DNA of 56,138 bases from a virus (taxonomy: Duplodnaviria; Caudoviricetes): positions 1 through 56,138 of the IMG/VR virus record IMGVR_UViG_3300017909_002576; one strand, written 5' to 3'. How positions within the stretch are numbered: the stretch's first letter is position 1; each line of letters begins with the position of its first letter. The translations under genes were made by a program, and so were the position numbers. Below are positions 17,435-26,609 of the stretch, piece after piece. Below the pieces are notes generated by a model. The model saw only the letters and a program-made list of their open reading frames with translations. It ran no database searches and was not told the DNA's origin.

Positions 17435-17586
17435 TGGAATTGACACAATTGGTATTTATTGTTAGTTTGGTATGCTTTACACTAGCAACTATAAGTATAT
17501 TTTTGGTTGGTAAAGACAACAAGTCACATGGTGTTTCTTTTGGAGAACAAAAAAGCAAATTAAAACACATGGATGATATATTATGA
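17434..17586 (+). CDS. Small single-TM protein (50 aa)
   Basis: MELTQLVFIVSLVCFTLATISIFLVGKDN..., overlapping both neighbours. Confidence 0.55.
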   Translation: MELTQLVFIVSLVCFTLATISIFLVGKDNKSHGVSFGEQKSKLKHMDDIL

Positions 17587-18014
17587 GAAGTATTTGGGTA
17601 ACATTTAGTAAAGAGGGTATTCACAAGTACCCTGCGGCATTGGACGATCCTAAATTAGCAACTGGCGATTGGGACGATGTATCCTTTTTAGGATATCCAC
17701 ATAGACACATCTTTCACTTTAAGGTTTGGCTTGAAGTGTTTCATGATGACAGAGACGTAGAATTTATACAGTTCAAGAGATGGATGGAAAGACTATATGA
17801 TAAAGCCACACTTGAACTTGATTACAAATCATGCGAGATGATTGCAGATGATTTAGCGAGTGAGATACAAGCAATGTATCCTGGTCGCTGGTTAAAGATT
17901 TCGGTAGCCGAAGATAATGAAAACGGTTGCGAAATGGAATACCCTGTTGAGGACGGGGGTCCAAACTTTGAGGATACAGACGCAATAGAAGATGTATTCG
18001 AAAGTCTTAAATAA
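17583..18014 (+). CDS. queD: QueD/PTPS-like T-fold protein (6-carboxytetrahydropterin synthase-like)
   Basis: EGIH...HRHIFH metal ligands, DVEFIQFK, SCEMIA, VAEDNENG. Clustered with folE and queE. Confidence 0.65.
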   Translation: MRSIWVTFSKEGIHKYPAALDDPKLATGDWDDVSFLGYPHRHIFHFKVWLEVFHDDRDVEFIQFKRWMERLYDKATLELDYKSCEMIADDLASEIQAMYPGRWLKISVAEDNENGCEMEYPVEDGGPNFEDTDAIEDVFESLK

Positions 18015-18025
18015 AGGAGAAAATT

Positions 18026-18205
18026 ATGACAGAGTCACACTTAAAACTTAAAGCACTATTTGATGAGTATCACAGAGAAAGCGATAATTTTGAAATCAAT
18101 GGTGTAAAGGCCGCGGCCACAAGAGCAAGAAAGGCTTTAATGGAAATTTCAAAACTTTGTAAAACAAGAAGAGTTGAAATTCAAGATAAAAAGAACTCAA
18201 TGTAA
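18026..18205 (+). CDS. Hc1/histone H1-like small basic protein (59 aa, not in track)
   Basis: NGVKAAATRARKALMEISKLCKTRRVEIQ motif, AAGGAG RBS. Confidence 0.65.
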   Translation: MTESHLKLKALFDEYHRESDNFEINGVKAAATRARKALMEISKLCKTRRVEIQDKKNSM

Positions 18206-18351
18206 TGGAAAACGACAGTAATACTAAAGTTAAACCTAATATCATAAGCAAAGAAGAGGCTGATAAGAAGAACGACTTTGCTCAAGGATTAGATGACGAA
18301 ATTACTGACGTTGTAGATTACGGCGACTTAAACGGAGAAGATAATGCGTAA
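18205..18351 (+). CDS. Hypothetical acidic peptide (48 aa)
   Basis: TAATG overlap; fills the gap to the glycosyltransferase. Confidence 0.5.
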   Translation: MENDSNTKVKPNIISKEEADKKNDFAQGLDDEITDVVDYGDLNGEDNA

Positions 18352-19540
18352 ATTATTTTACATGGGGCTCGAGTCCTACGAGGCAAGATATACACTTCAG
18401 TTGCAAGACTGGAATGAAAGAGTATTTGGTAAACGTGGCATAGACTACGAAATCATTACTGGGCAAGAATTAGATAATTCTAAAGCCATTGTCACAGGTA
18501 GTGTACTTGATGCACATGGTAGAACTTTTTACAGTTTAAGTCAACACATGTCGCTTATACAAAAAATGAAAAACGGTGATATTACTTCCGATGATGTAAT
18601 TTTTTATGAGGACATGTTTACACCAGGTCTCGAATGTTTACCATATATTATGGACCAATCTCCTCCAGAATACAGACCTAAAGTATTCTTGAGATTCCTT
18701 GCACAAACAACTGATCCAGATGACTTCTTAATTAGAGAAGGCATGTTTGATTGGATGCGTAAGTATGAGGAAATGATTGATCAGTTTGTAGATGGTATAA
18801 TGGTAGCAAGTGAAGAGTTTGTTGCACATTTAAGAATTGCTGGTATTAAGGCACCTATATATGTTACAGGTTTGCCTTATGGTAAGGAAGAAGTTAGAAG
18901 TCGAATTGATTCTAATGTTCCTATACAGGACAGAAAAGATCGTGTTGGATTTGCGGCACGGTGGGATGATGAAAAACAACCACATTTCTATATGGACCTT
19001 GCAGAAGCCTATTATAAAATAGATCCTTCTGTAGAGTTTGCAATCTTTTGTGGTCATCCAGAACTAAAAAGTAATGATCCAGAGTATGTAGAACGTGCAT
19101 TGGCATTACAAAACAGTAATACAGCAAACTTTAAAGTCTACACAGGCTTAAAGAAGAATGATTACTATAATTTACTTGCTGACAGCAAAGTGTTATTCAA
19201 TTGTGCATTACAAGATTGGGTAAGCAATACTGTTAGTGAGGCAGATACATTTGGTACACTTACATTATATCCAGCATATAGAAGTTTTCCAGAAGTATTT
19301 GCAAACAACGGAAACCACTTGTATGTACCTTGGAGCATTGATGATGCTATTAATAAATTAATGGCAATGTTTGCCTCCATTGGTGCCGGCGATTTGTCGC
19401 AATACAATGTTGGTAAAATTAGTGATTATCAGAATGGCACAATTGATAGAACTATTGATTGTATGCTCGGACATGCAGAGCATTTAAGCAGAAATGATAA
19501 TTTATATAGAAGGCATGTAGCGAAGGCGAAATATGAATGA
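18344..19540 (+). CDS. GT-B fold glycosyltransferase
   Basis: GFAARWDDEKQP, YYNLLADSKVLFNCALQDWVSNTVSEA (GT-B donor-binding E/DxxGxxxxEA-type region), YRSFPEV. Confidence 0.7.
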   Translation: MRKLFYMGLESYEARYTLQLQDWNERVFGKRGIDYEIITGQELDNSKAIVTGSVLDAHGRTFYSLSQHMSLIQKMKNGDITSDDVIFYEDMFTPGLECLPYIMDQSPPEYRPKVFLRFLAQTTDPDDFLIREGMFDWMRKYEEMIDQFVDGIMVASEEFVAHLRIAGIKAPIYVTGLPYGKEEVRSRIDSNVPIQDRKDRVGFAARWDDEKQPHFYMDLAEAYYKIDPSVEFAIFCGHPELKSNDPEYVERALALQNSNTANFKVYTGLKKNDYYNLLADSKVLFNCALQDWVSNTVSEADTFGTLTLYPAYRSFPEVFANNGNHLYVPWSIDDAINKLMAMFASIGAGDLSQYNVGKISDYQNGTIDRTIDCMLGHAEHLSRNDNLYRRHVAKAKYE

Positions 19541-20501
19541 TAACGATACTAAAACTGTATTAGTAACAGGAGGTAATGGTTTTATTGGAACCATGCTATG
19601 TAAACTGCTTGTAGATACTGGTCATACTGTAATTAACATTGACAGGACTAAAAAACAACAACCAGGTGTTACATTATATCCTTTTGATATTGATAATTCT
19701 CAAGTTGACGGTGTTATAAAACTAACTAAACCAGATACTATTATTCATCTTGCCGCTGACCATGAAGTTGGTAGAAGTGTTACGGAACCAGAAGTGTTTT
19801 ACAAAAACAATGTAATGAACACAATAGGATTACTTAATAGTGCTATTTCAAGTGGAGTTAAAAACTTTATTTTTAGTAGTTCAAGTAGTGTCTATGGTGA
19901 TGTATTAGGTTTTCCAACTACAGAAGATAGTCCAAAAGCACCAATGAGTCCATATGGAAGAACCAAAGCAATGGTTGAAGACATATTACAAGATTACTCA
20001 CATGCACATGGACTGAATTTTGTTGCATTAAGATATTTTAATGCCGCAGGAGCAGATCCTGAATGTACACACGGTTACACTCAAGATCCTGCAAGTCACC
20101 TGATTCCAATTATTTGTAAAAAAGTTGTTGCAGGTGAAAAACTTGTTGTGAACGGCGACGATTACAATACGCCAGACGGCACAGTAGTAAGAGATTATAC
20201 TCACGTATTTGATATTGCTACAGCACATTTGGCCGCAATGAATTATCTTCTTGATGGCGGTGTTAGTACTGCAATAAATGTAGGCGCAGGAGACGGACAA
20301 AGTATTCTCGAAGTTATTAAAGCATTCGAAGACGCAGGGCATAATGTAGATTATGAAATGGGTCCAAGAAGAGCAGGAGATCCTCCGATGACATTTGCTG
20401 ATATTACCAAAGCAAACGAATTATTAGGTTGGTCACCAATGTATAACATAAAGGACATTGTAGAACATGCAATGGCTTGGGAAATTAAACAAAGTACTTG
20501 A
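19533..20501 (+). CDS. galE: UDP-glucose 4-epimerase
   Basis: VTGGNGFIG, FSSSSSVYG, YGRTK, LRYFNAAGA, TPDGTVVRDYTHV, RRAGDP. Confidence 0.9.
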   Translation: MNDNDTKTVLVTGGNGFIGTMLCKLLVDTGHTVINIDRTKKQQPGVTLYPFDIDNSQVDGVIKLTKPDTIIHLAADHEVGRSVTEPEVFYKNNVMNTIGLLNSAISSGVKNFIFSSSSSVYGDVLGFPTTEDSPKAPMSPYGRTKAMVEDILQDYSHAHGLNFVALRYFNAAGADPECTHGYTQDPASHLIPIICKKVVAGEKLVVNGDDYNTPDGTVVRDYTHVFDIATAHLAAMNYLLDGGVSTAINVGAGDGQSILEVIKAFEDAGHNVDYEMGPRRAGDPPMTFADITKANELLGWSPMYNIKDIVEHAMAWEIKQST

Positions 20502-20526
20502 CAAATAAAATAAAAGGTGTTACTAT
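20498..20526 (+). promoter_or_regulatory. Sigma70-type promoter (leaderless transcript)
   Basis: TTGACA-17-TACTAT with extended TG, and ATG 7 nt downstream. Confidence 0.6.
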
Positions 20527-20532
20527 ATTGTT

Positions 20533-21003
20533 ATGAATACGATAAAGATTTCATTTGACGATATCAAAAAAGATGTAGGTGATATTGCTCAGCAATTAAC
20601 TTCTGATGACTTTAAACCTGAAGTTATTTTTGGCCCTGGTAGAGGCGGATATGTTCCTGGAGTAATGTTAAGTCATTATTTTGGTGTACCGTTTCATGGA
20701 TTTGAATGGCAATTTAGAGACTTTGAAGTGCAAGAAGACGAACACTTAGGAGTATTATTAGACAGATATTTTAATAAAGATATCTTAATTGTAGATGATA
20801 TTAACGACAGCGGTAAAACAATGCAAAGCATTTATGCTAAAGTAATTGGTGTACAACATGATGGATATTGGATGCACGGTGATGTAAAATATGCATGTTT
20901 ATATGAACGTTTTAACACCGAGTTTAATAAATTAGATTACAGATCTAAATATATCGAAACAGAACAATGGTTAGACTTCCCTTGGGAGGATTGGTGGAAA
21001 TGA
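20533..21003 (+). CDS. Type I purine phosphoribosyltransferase (Gpt-like)
   Basis: GRGGYVPG, ILIVDDINDSGKT PRPP loop, WLDFPWE. Confidence 0.85.
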   Translation: MNTIKISFDDIKKDVGDIAQQLTSDDFKPEVIFGPGRGGYVPGVMLSHYFGVPFHGFEWQFRDFEVQEDEHLGVLLDRYFNKDILIVDDINDSGKTMQSIYAKVIGVQHDGYWMHGDVKYACLYERFNTEFNKLDYRSKYIETEQWLDFPWEDWWK

Positions 21004-21215
21004 AAACAGCAGTAATTCGTAAAAAGCCTAATTATAACGACGAAGTAAGAGGTCCCGATACTTTTACTTTTGTTGATCTTTACATAGACGGAAATAAGTT
21101 TGGTGAGTTAAATGTATCCGAACATAGTATCCACTATGCAAAAGATGTAGTCGAAAATTGGGAAAGCGGTATTTTAAAAGAGGACAATAAACATATTATT
21201 AAGGAGAATGTTTAA
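21000..21215 (+). CDS. Hypothetical protein
   Basis: Start MKTAV with an ATGA overlap; HSIHYAKDVVENWESGIL. Confidence 0.6.
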   Translation: MKTAVIRKKPNYNDEVRGPDTFTFVDLYIDGNKFGELNVSEHSIHYAKDVVENWESGILKEDNKHIIKENV

Positions 21216-21907
21216 TGGCGGATGAAGTAACAAATAAAATTTTAGGTAGAATCAAAGAAGCCGGAGCCAAGTATTGGGCAAGTGATAATGTTTCTGAGTT
21301 TATGGACGAAGGCGACGATCAAGCACTTATCGAAGAACTTGTACCCAAGTTTGAAAGCATTTTAGATACTTTAATCATTGATAGACATTCAGATCCTAAC
21401 AGTCAAGGTACTGCAAGGCGTCTTGCTAAAATGTATATAAACGAACTTATGTGGGGCAGATACAACGATATGCCTAATGCCACAGCATTTCCAAATGATA
21501 TCGAAGAAGGATATAAGGGCATGTTGGTTGTAAGAAGTGAAATACTTAGTATGTGTTCGCATCACCATCAACCAGTAAAAGGTACAGCATACATTGGTAT
21601 TATTGCAGGTGAAACATTAATCGGTTTAAGTAAATACACAAGAATTGCACAATGGTGTGCAAGACGTGGTACATTACAAGAAGAACTTGCTAATGATATT
21701 GCAAGAGAAATAATGAAAGCAACAGGTAGTGAAAACCTCGGTGTTTACATTCAAGCAACACATGGTTGCGTAGAGAATAGAGGTGTGTTAGCACACAGCA
21801 GTCTTACACAAACTACTGTTTTAGAAGGTTGCTTTTACGATGATCCTGGCACTAAAAAAGAGTTTTTTGATAACATAAAATTACAGCAACAGCATGCCTG
21901 CAGTTAA
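21215..21907 (+). CDS. folE: GTP cyclohydrolase I
   Basis: SMCSHHHQP, GLSKYTRI, LQEEL, HGCVENRGV. Confidence 0.95.
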   Translation: MADEVTNKILGRIKEAGAKYWASDNVSEFMDEGDDQALIEELVPKFESILDTLIIDRHSDPNSQGTARRLAKMYINELMWGRYNDMPNATAFPNDIEEGYKGMLVVRSEILSMCSHHHQPVKGTAYIGIIAGETLIGLSKYTRIAQWCARRGTLQEELANDIAREIMKATGSENLGVYIQATHGCVENRGVLAHSSLTQTTVLEGCFYDDPGTKKEFFDNIKLQQQHACS

Positions 21908-21915
21908 AAATTAAT

Positions 21916-22437
21916 ATGATTAGTACAAGAAATGCAACCAGAACATTAATAGTTGGTAAGCACGGAGTACCAGTTAGAGAAGTAACGGAATCCATTTGCG
22001 AAAGAAAATCATTGGATTGGATTACTACAAGATTTCCTGTAACTGTTACTGAAGTATTTGAATGTTTAGATGCTATTGCTGATTATGACAAACTGGTTAA
22101 AGGCGAACATTTAAAACTTGAAAATGTCAGTGAAGAAAAAAATGATTTATTAATTAAAGTTTTACAAATATCAGATACATGCTATTTAAAGATTTTACAA
22201 TTTGGTAAAGTACATTTACCCGATTCAAATGATATGGAACAATTATTTGATAAAGGTTTACTAATGATTGCGTATTTGTCGTTTAAAGACATTGTTGAAA
22301 ACCAAAGGAACTTTATTGATTCAGATGATTTAAGTCAAATAGTTATACAATCTTTTCAGTCATGTTGTGTTGACCATACAGACGAATCGTTGTATAATGT
22401 ATTAAAAGAACAAGTAGAATATGAAACTCAGGTATAG
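21916..22437 (+). CDS. Hypothetical protein (N-terminus faintly DUF433-like)
   Basis: 173 aa. Contains a TTGACC-17-TATAAT (22370-22398) for queE. Confidence 0.55.
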   Translation: MISTRNATRTLIVGKHGVPVREVTESICERKSLDWITTRFPVTVTEVFECLDAIADYDKLVKGEHLKLENVSEEKNDLLIKVLQISDTCYLKILQFGKVHLPDSNDMEQLFDKGLLMIAYLSFKDIVENQRNFIDSDDLSQIVIQSFQSCCVDHTDESLYNVLKEQVEYETQV

Positions 22438-23305
22438 CGAAGCATTTTATAGTGTACAAGGAGAAGGCAGATTTGTTGGTGTGCCTTCCGTTTTCCTACG
22501 AGTTTTTGGTTGTAATTTTGAATGTGCAGGGTTTGGACAACCAAGAGGAGACCTTATTCCAGTTACTGAAATGCCATATTACACAGACGACAGGGCAGAC
22601 AAAGATCACCCAGAAGCATACAAAAGTATAGATGAATTACCAGTCACACCAATAGGTTGTGATTCCAGTGCCAGTTGGGCAATGAAGTATAAACATTTAC
22701 AGATGACTAAATCTGTCGAAGAGGTGTATGATCATATCACCAGTTTACTTCCCAACGGTACATTCGCTGGCCAACACGGCGAAGACATACACTTGGTGAT
22801 CACAGGTGGTGAACCGCTACTGGGGTGGCAACGTGTTTGGCCAGAACTCTTAGATATGTGTAGAAGAGTTGGCTTGAAAAACGTTACCTTTGAGACCAAT
22901 GGCACTCAATTAGTAAAAAGTGATTTGGTAAACTATTTTAATCTACAAAATCAAGATATACATGTTACTTGGAGTACAAGTCCTAAATTAAGTATAAGTG
23001 GCGAAAAAACAGAAGACGCACTTATACCTGCAGTACTTAAAAGTATGAATGAAGTAGAAAACAGTTTTTTATATAACAAATTTGTTGTAAGAGATAAAGA
23101 ATGCTTACAAGAAGTAGATATGTTTGTTGAAGCATACACACAGGCAAGAGTACGTCTTGACTCAGTGTACTTAATGCCAGAAGGTGCTACATTTGAGCAA
23201 CAAACATTAACAGAAAAGAATGTAGCAGAAATTTGTATGAACACAGGATACAAATTTAGTCCAAGATTACATATTAACTTATTTGGTAATGCTTGGGGAA
23301 CGTAG
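22421..23305 (+). CDS. queE: 7-carboxy-7-deazaguanine synthase (radical SAM)
   Basis: SEAFYSVQGEG..GVPSVFLRVFGCNFEC...(insert)...GCDS, TGGEPL, ETNGT, SPKL, SPRLH. Confidence 0.9.
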   Translation: MKLRYSEAFYSVQGEGRFVGVPSVFLRVFGCNFECAGFGQPRGDLIPVTEMPYYTDDRADKDHPEAYKSIDELPVTPIGCDSSASWAMKYKHLQMTKSVEEVYDHITSLLPNGTFAGQHGEDIHLVITGGEPLLGWQRVWPELLDMCRRVGLKNVTFETNGTQLVKSDLVNYFNLQNQDIHVTWSTSPKLSISGEKTEDALIPAVLKSMNEVENSFLYNKFVVRDKECLQEVDMFVEAYTQARVRLDSVYLMPEGATFEQQTLTEKNVAEICMNTGYKFSPRLHINLFGNAWGT

Positions 23306-23314
23306 GAGAAGATT

Positions 23315-23881
23315 ATGAATAAAATAGAATTAAATATTAAAAGTCCATGGGCATTACTAATTACTCTTAGTATGGCTGTAATGTTTTTATCTGTGATAGC
23401 ATTAGCCGAAGACGAGGAAGATCCGGTGATTGGATATACGCATGATGGATTACCTGTATTAGAATCTGAAGTTCCTAAAGATGCTGAGCAATATATTGCT
23501 AAAGGCCTTAGGCAACTTGATATAGGCGTAACTTTGCAAAAAGGGTTGAAAGTAAACGTGTTAAATCAAAACACATTAGAACTTTTTATCAAAGATACTG
23601 TTTACACAATTTTACTTAATTGTGTTAAAGCAGGTACAACTAAAAAAGCAGTATTAACACCTATAGACTTTTTTGACTGGGCAGTTGCAGGTAAGATTGA
23701 ACAAAACTCGCAAGTACTTGTCACTCGTAATCCAGTAAAAAACTTTGGTAATCCTGCAATCAAAAAAATGATAGAAAAAAATGATGTAAGGTTAAGTAAA
23801 TGGGACTTTGACCCAAGAACTTGTACTGTAGTTGGAATACAGCAAAAACTTTTAGAGGATAACAATGGCGAAGAAAACTAA
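23315..23881 (+). CDS. Hypothetical exported protein
   Basis: N-terminal hydrophobic signal ending ALA; AGGAG RBS. Confidence 0.6.
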   Translation: MNKIELNIKSPWALLITLSMAVMFLSVIALAEDEEDPVIGYTHDGLPVLESEVPKDAEQYIAKGLRQLDIGVTLQKGLKVNVLNQNTLELFIKDTVYTILLNCVKAGTTKKAVLTPIDFFDWAVAGKIEQNSQVLVTRNPVKNFGNPAIKKMIEKNDVRLSKWDFDPRTCTVVGIQQKLLEDNNGEEN

Positions 23882-24380
23882 ATTACCATTTAGTATGATG
23901 CCTGCCAGTTGGGGACTTAAAGGCAAGTCTCGAGCAATAGCAGAAGCAGAATACTATTACGAAGGCGAAGATCTTGAAAAAGCATTAGCAGAAATAGATG
24001 CAGAATCAGAGGATGATAAAGTATTAGCCGCCTTAGATATTGATCTAAAAAACGAAAGAATTGGAAGATCAGAATACGATAAACGTAGAGCAGAGATATT
24101 AAAAGAGCCATATGTAAATGTATTACACATGGACGTTAATCCTGAAAATGCAAAAGCAGGATATATTGAATTAGACTGGAATGAGCATTTTGTAAAGTTT
24201 CTACATGATAATGGTTATACTGGTACAAGTGACGAAGATGTAGTTAATAAATGGTTTAACGATGTTTGCAGAACAGTACTAATTCAAGAGCAAGCCGATT
24301 TAGATTACGGCTTACAAGAAGAAATGGGAGATGAAATTGTCGTCACAAAAACAGAGCCTGGAACTGAGAGCGAAGACTAA
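23865..24380 (+). CDS. Conserved phage hypothetical protein
   Basis: EPYVNVL...GYIELDWNEHFV...DEDVVNKWFNDVC. Confidence 0.7.
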   Translation: MAKKTKLPFSMMPASWGLKGKSRAIAEAEYYYEGEDLEKALAEIDAESEDDKVLAALDIDLKNERIGRSEYDKRRAEILKEPYVNVLHMDVNPENAKAGYIELDWNEHFVKFLHDNGYTGTSDEDVVNKWFNDVCRTVLIQEQADLDYGLQEEMGDEIVVTKTEPGTESED

Positions 24381-24585
24381 ACTCGCAGAATTATCATTAC
24401 AGTTAGATAATTTATTAGAGGAAAAACTTAGCGAGTTTGAATCTACAGAAATAGATTTTGTGTTAGAAAATTATAGCAAATTTTTAACATATGATCTTAA
24501 ACGTTCTTTTGAATCGCAACGAGAAAAGAACTTAAAAGAATCCCCATTTGATGCAATCATAAATGACGATCTAAATTTAGATTGA
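24331..24585 (+). CDS. Hypothetical protein
   Basis: 84 aa, GGGAG before the ATG. Confidence 0.55.
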   Translation: MKLSSQKQSLELRAKTKLAELSLQLDNLLEEKLSEFESTEIDFVLENYSKFLTYDLKRSFESQREKNLKESPFDAIINDDLNLD

Positions 24586-24609
24586 CAAACTTTTAAAAAT
24601 GTGTATAAT
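24582..24609 (+). promoter_or_regulatory. Sigma70-type promoter (leaderless transcript)
   Basis: TTGACA-16-TATAAT, with ATG at 24616. Confidence 0.7.
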
Positions 24610-24615
24610 ATTATT

Positions 24616-25611
24616 ATGAGTAAAAGAACTTACATATTAGTTGATTCTCTTAACATGTTTTTCCGTGCTAAACATGTAGGAGGCGGTAGAGATATAGACA
24701 TGCGAGTAGGTATGGCTATGCATATCATGTTTAACAGCATTAGAAAATGTTGGAGAGAATTTAATGGTAGTCATGTTGTAATGTGCCTTGAAGGTAGAAG
24801 TTGGCGTAAAGACTTTTATGCTCCTTACAAAGCAAATCGTAAGGTTACAATGGATAAGCGAAGTGTCAAAGAACAAGAAGATGACGAATTGTTTTTTGAA
24901 GCATATGATGATATGGTAAACTTCTTTAATGACAAAACTAATTGCACAGTAATTAGGCAACCTAATGCAGAGGCTGATGACTTAATTGCTACTTGGATTC
25001 AACAACATCCAGAAGACGACCATGTTATTGTAAGTACAGATAGTGACTTTTATCAGTTGTTAGCACCTAATGTAATACAATACAACGGCACTACAGACCA
25101 AATAGTTAGTTTAGAAGGTTTCAAAAATGCTAAAACAGGCGACTGGGTAATTGATAAAAAGACTGGAGAGCCTAAGAAAGCAATTGATCCAGAGTTTACA
25201 CTATTTGAGAAATGTGTTAGAGGTGATGCAAGTGATAACATCTTTAGTGCATATCCAGGTGCAAGACTTAAAGGCAGTAAGAACAAAACTGGTATCACAG
25301 AAGCATTTAACGACCGTATAACAGGCGGGTTTGATTATAATAACTTCATGTTACAACGTTGGGTAGATCATGAAGAACAAGAACATAGAGTGTTAGATGA
25401 TTTTGAACGTAACAAGATACTTATTGATCTTACACAACAACCAGATGAAATTAAAGAATTAAGTAAAGAAATTATAAATGAAGCGGTAAATAAAAGTACT
25501 GTTTCACAGGTAGGCATTCACTTCTTGAAGTTTTGCAGTAAATGGAATCTTCAACGCATGAGTGAACAGCCTGGTGATTATGCAGATTTTCTAAATGGCC
25601 AAGTTAGATAA
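24616..25611 (+). CDS. RNase H / 5'-3' flap exonuclease (T4 Rnh-like)
   Basis: ILVDSLN, SWRK..YKANR, EADDLIA, STDSDFYQL, RGDASDNI. Confidence 0.9.
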   Translation: MSKRTYILVDSLNMFFRAKHVGGGRDIDMRVGMAMHIMFNSIRKCWREFNGSHVVMCLEGRSWRKDFYAPYKANRKVTMDKRSVKEQEDDELFFEAYDDMVNFFNDKTNCTVIRQPNAEADDLIATWIQQHPEDDHVIVSTDSDFYQLLAPNVIQYNGTTDQIVSLEGFKNAKTGDWVIDKKTGEPKKAIDPEFTLFEKCVRGDASDNIFSAYPGARLKGSKNKTGITEAFNDRITGGFDYNNFMLQRWVDHEEQEHRVLDDFERNKILIDLTQQPDEIKELSKEIINEAVNKSTVSQVGIHFLKFCSKWNLQRMSEQPGDYADFLNGQVR

Positions 25612-25840
25612 AGTAGATAAAGCCATTAGAAGAATTTGCGATGAGTGGCCTGTAGAACCTTATTGGATTTATACCACTCCAGATAACGGTAAACACGTTT
25701 ATAGAGCAATGCGAACTGATGTTTGTCCTGAAGTCTTTAAAGATTCGTTTGGACAACCAATAAAACAGTTATGCTCAGTAAATGGTAAAAATGTCGCTCG
25801 TGATGAGGACTATGGAAAACAGGAGATACATACATGGTAA
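25595..25840 (+). CDS. Hypothetical protein
   Basis: 81 aa, YTTPDNGKHVYRA. Confidence 0.55.
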   Translation: MAKLDKVDKAIRRICDEWPVEPYWIYTTPDNGKHVYRAMRTDVCPEVFKDSFGQPIKQLCSVNGKNVARDEDYGKQEIHTW

Positions 25841-26355
25841 CAAAAGATAAAAATAAAGCAGTATTACAACAAGTTTCAGATACTGCATGGTTGCTTAGAC
25901 AAGGTCCACGAAAAGTTGGTATCTTAAACAAAGACATTCAAGAAAAATACTTTTATATAAATGGTAAAACAGTTGAGTATTTTGAAACTGAAGAAGAGGT
26001 TGGAAAAAAGTTTGGTAATGCAAAAATTTTTGAGGAGCAAATTACTACTTCCCCAGTAGTGCAAGATGAGTTCTTTATAAAAGGTCACAAAATTGATTAT
26101 GACAATCCTTTTCCTATAGATCATAATCATCCTGCATATGATTCTGAGGTACCTTTATATACTAAAACACCTGATAGTGACATATATTATGCCGCAGGTT
26201 GGTATGCAATTAATTTTGAGAAAGGTTGGAAACATGGACACGGGCCTAAATACAGTACATTAATCAAGTATGGATACAGAGGTCCGTACAAAACAGAAAT
26301 TGAATGTAGACAGGAACTAAGTAGGCTTAATAAAATTAAAAAACAAAGTGTATAA
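25834..26355 (+). CDS. Conserved phage hypothetical protein
   Basis: PLYTKT..S..YYAAGWYAINFEKGW..PK...YRGPYKT, AGGAG RBS. Confidence 0.7.
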   Translation: MVTKDKNKAVLQQVSDTAWLLRQGPRKVGILNKDIQEKYFYINGKTVEYFETEEEVGKKFGNAKIFEEQITTSPVVQDEFFIKGHKIDYDNPFPIDHNHPAYDSEVPLYTKTPDSDIYYAAGWYAINFEKGWKHGHGPKYSTLIKYGYRGPYKTEIECRQELSRLNKIKKQSV

Positions 26356-26605
26356 GATTCCAGAAGATTGCGGTTATAATAAGATTTTTAAGTATCAATG
26401 GCCACAAGAAGATTACGGAATAAACATGTCAACTGTTACAGAAATTAGTAAAATTGTATCTGGTAGATGGGGTTGGTATTTTAGACCAAAAGATAATATG
26501 GATTACAATCGTGAGGATTGGTACGAAAGGCAAAATGTTGTTGTGTCGTTTGAAAAAAGATGGGACCTTATTTTGTGCAAATTAATGATAAGTTTTAATA
26601 AATAA
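26348..26605 (+). CDS. Hypothetical protein
   Basis: 85 aa, GRWGWYF, GTG start. Confidence 0.55.
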   Translation: MYKIPEDCGYNKIFKYQWPQEDYGINMSTVTEISKIVSGRWGWYFRPKDNMDYNREDWYERQNVVVSFEKRWDLILCKLMISFNK

Positions 26606-26609
26606 AGTT

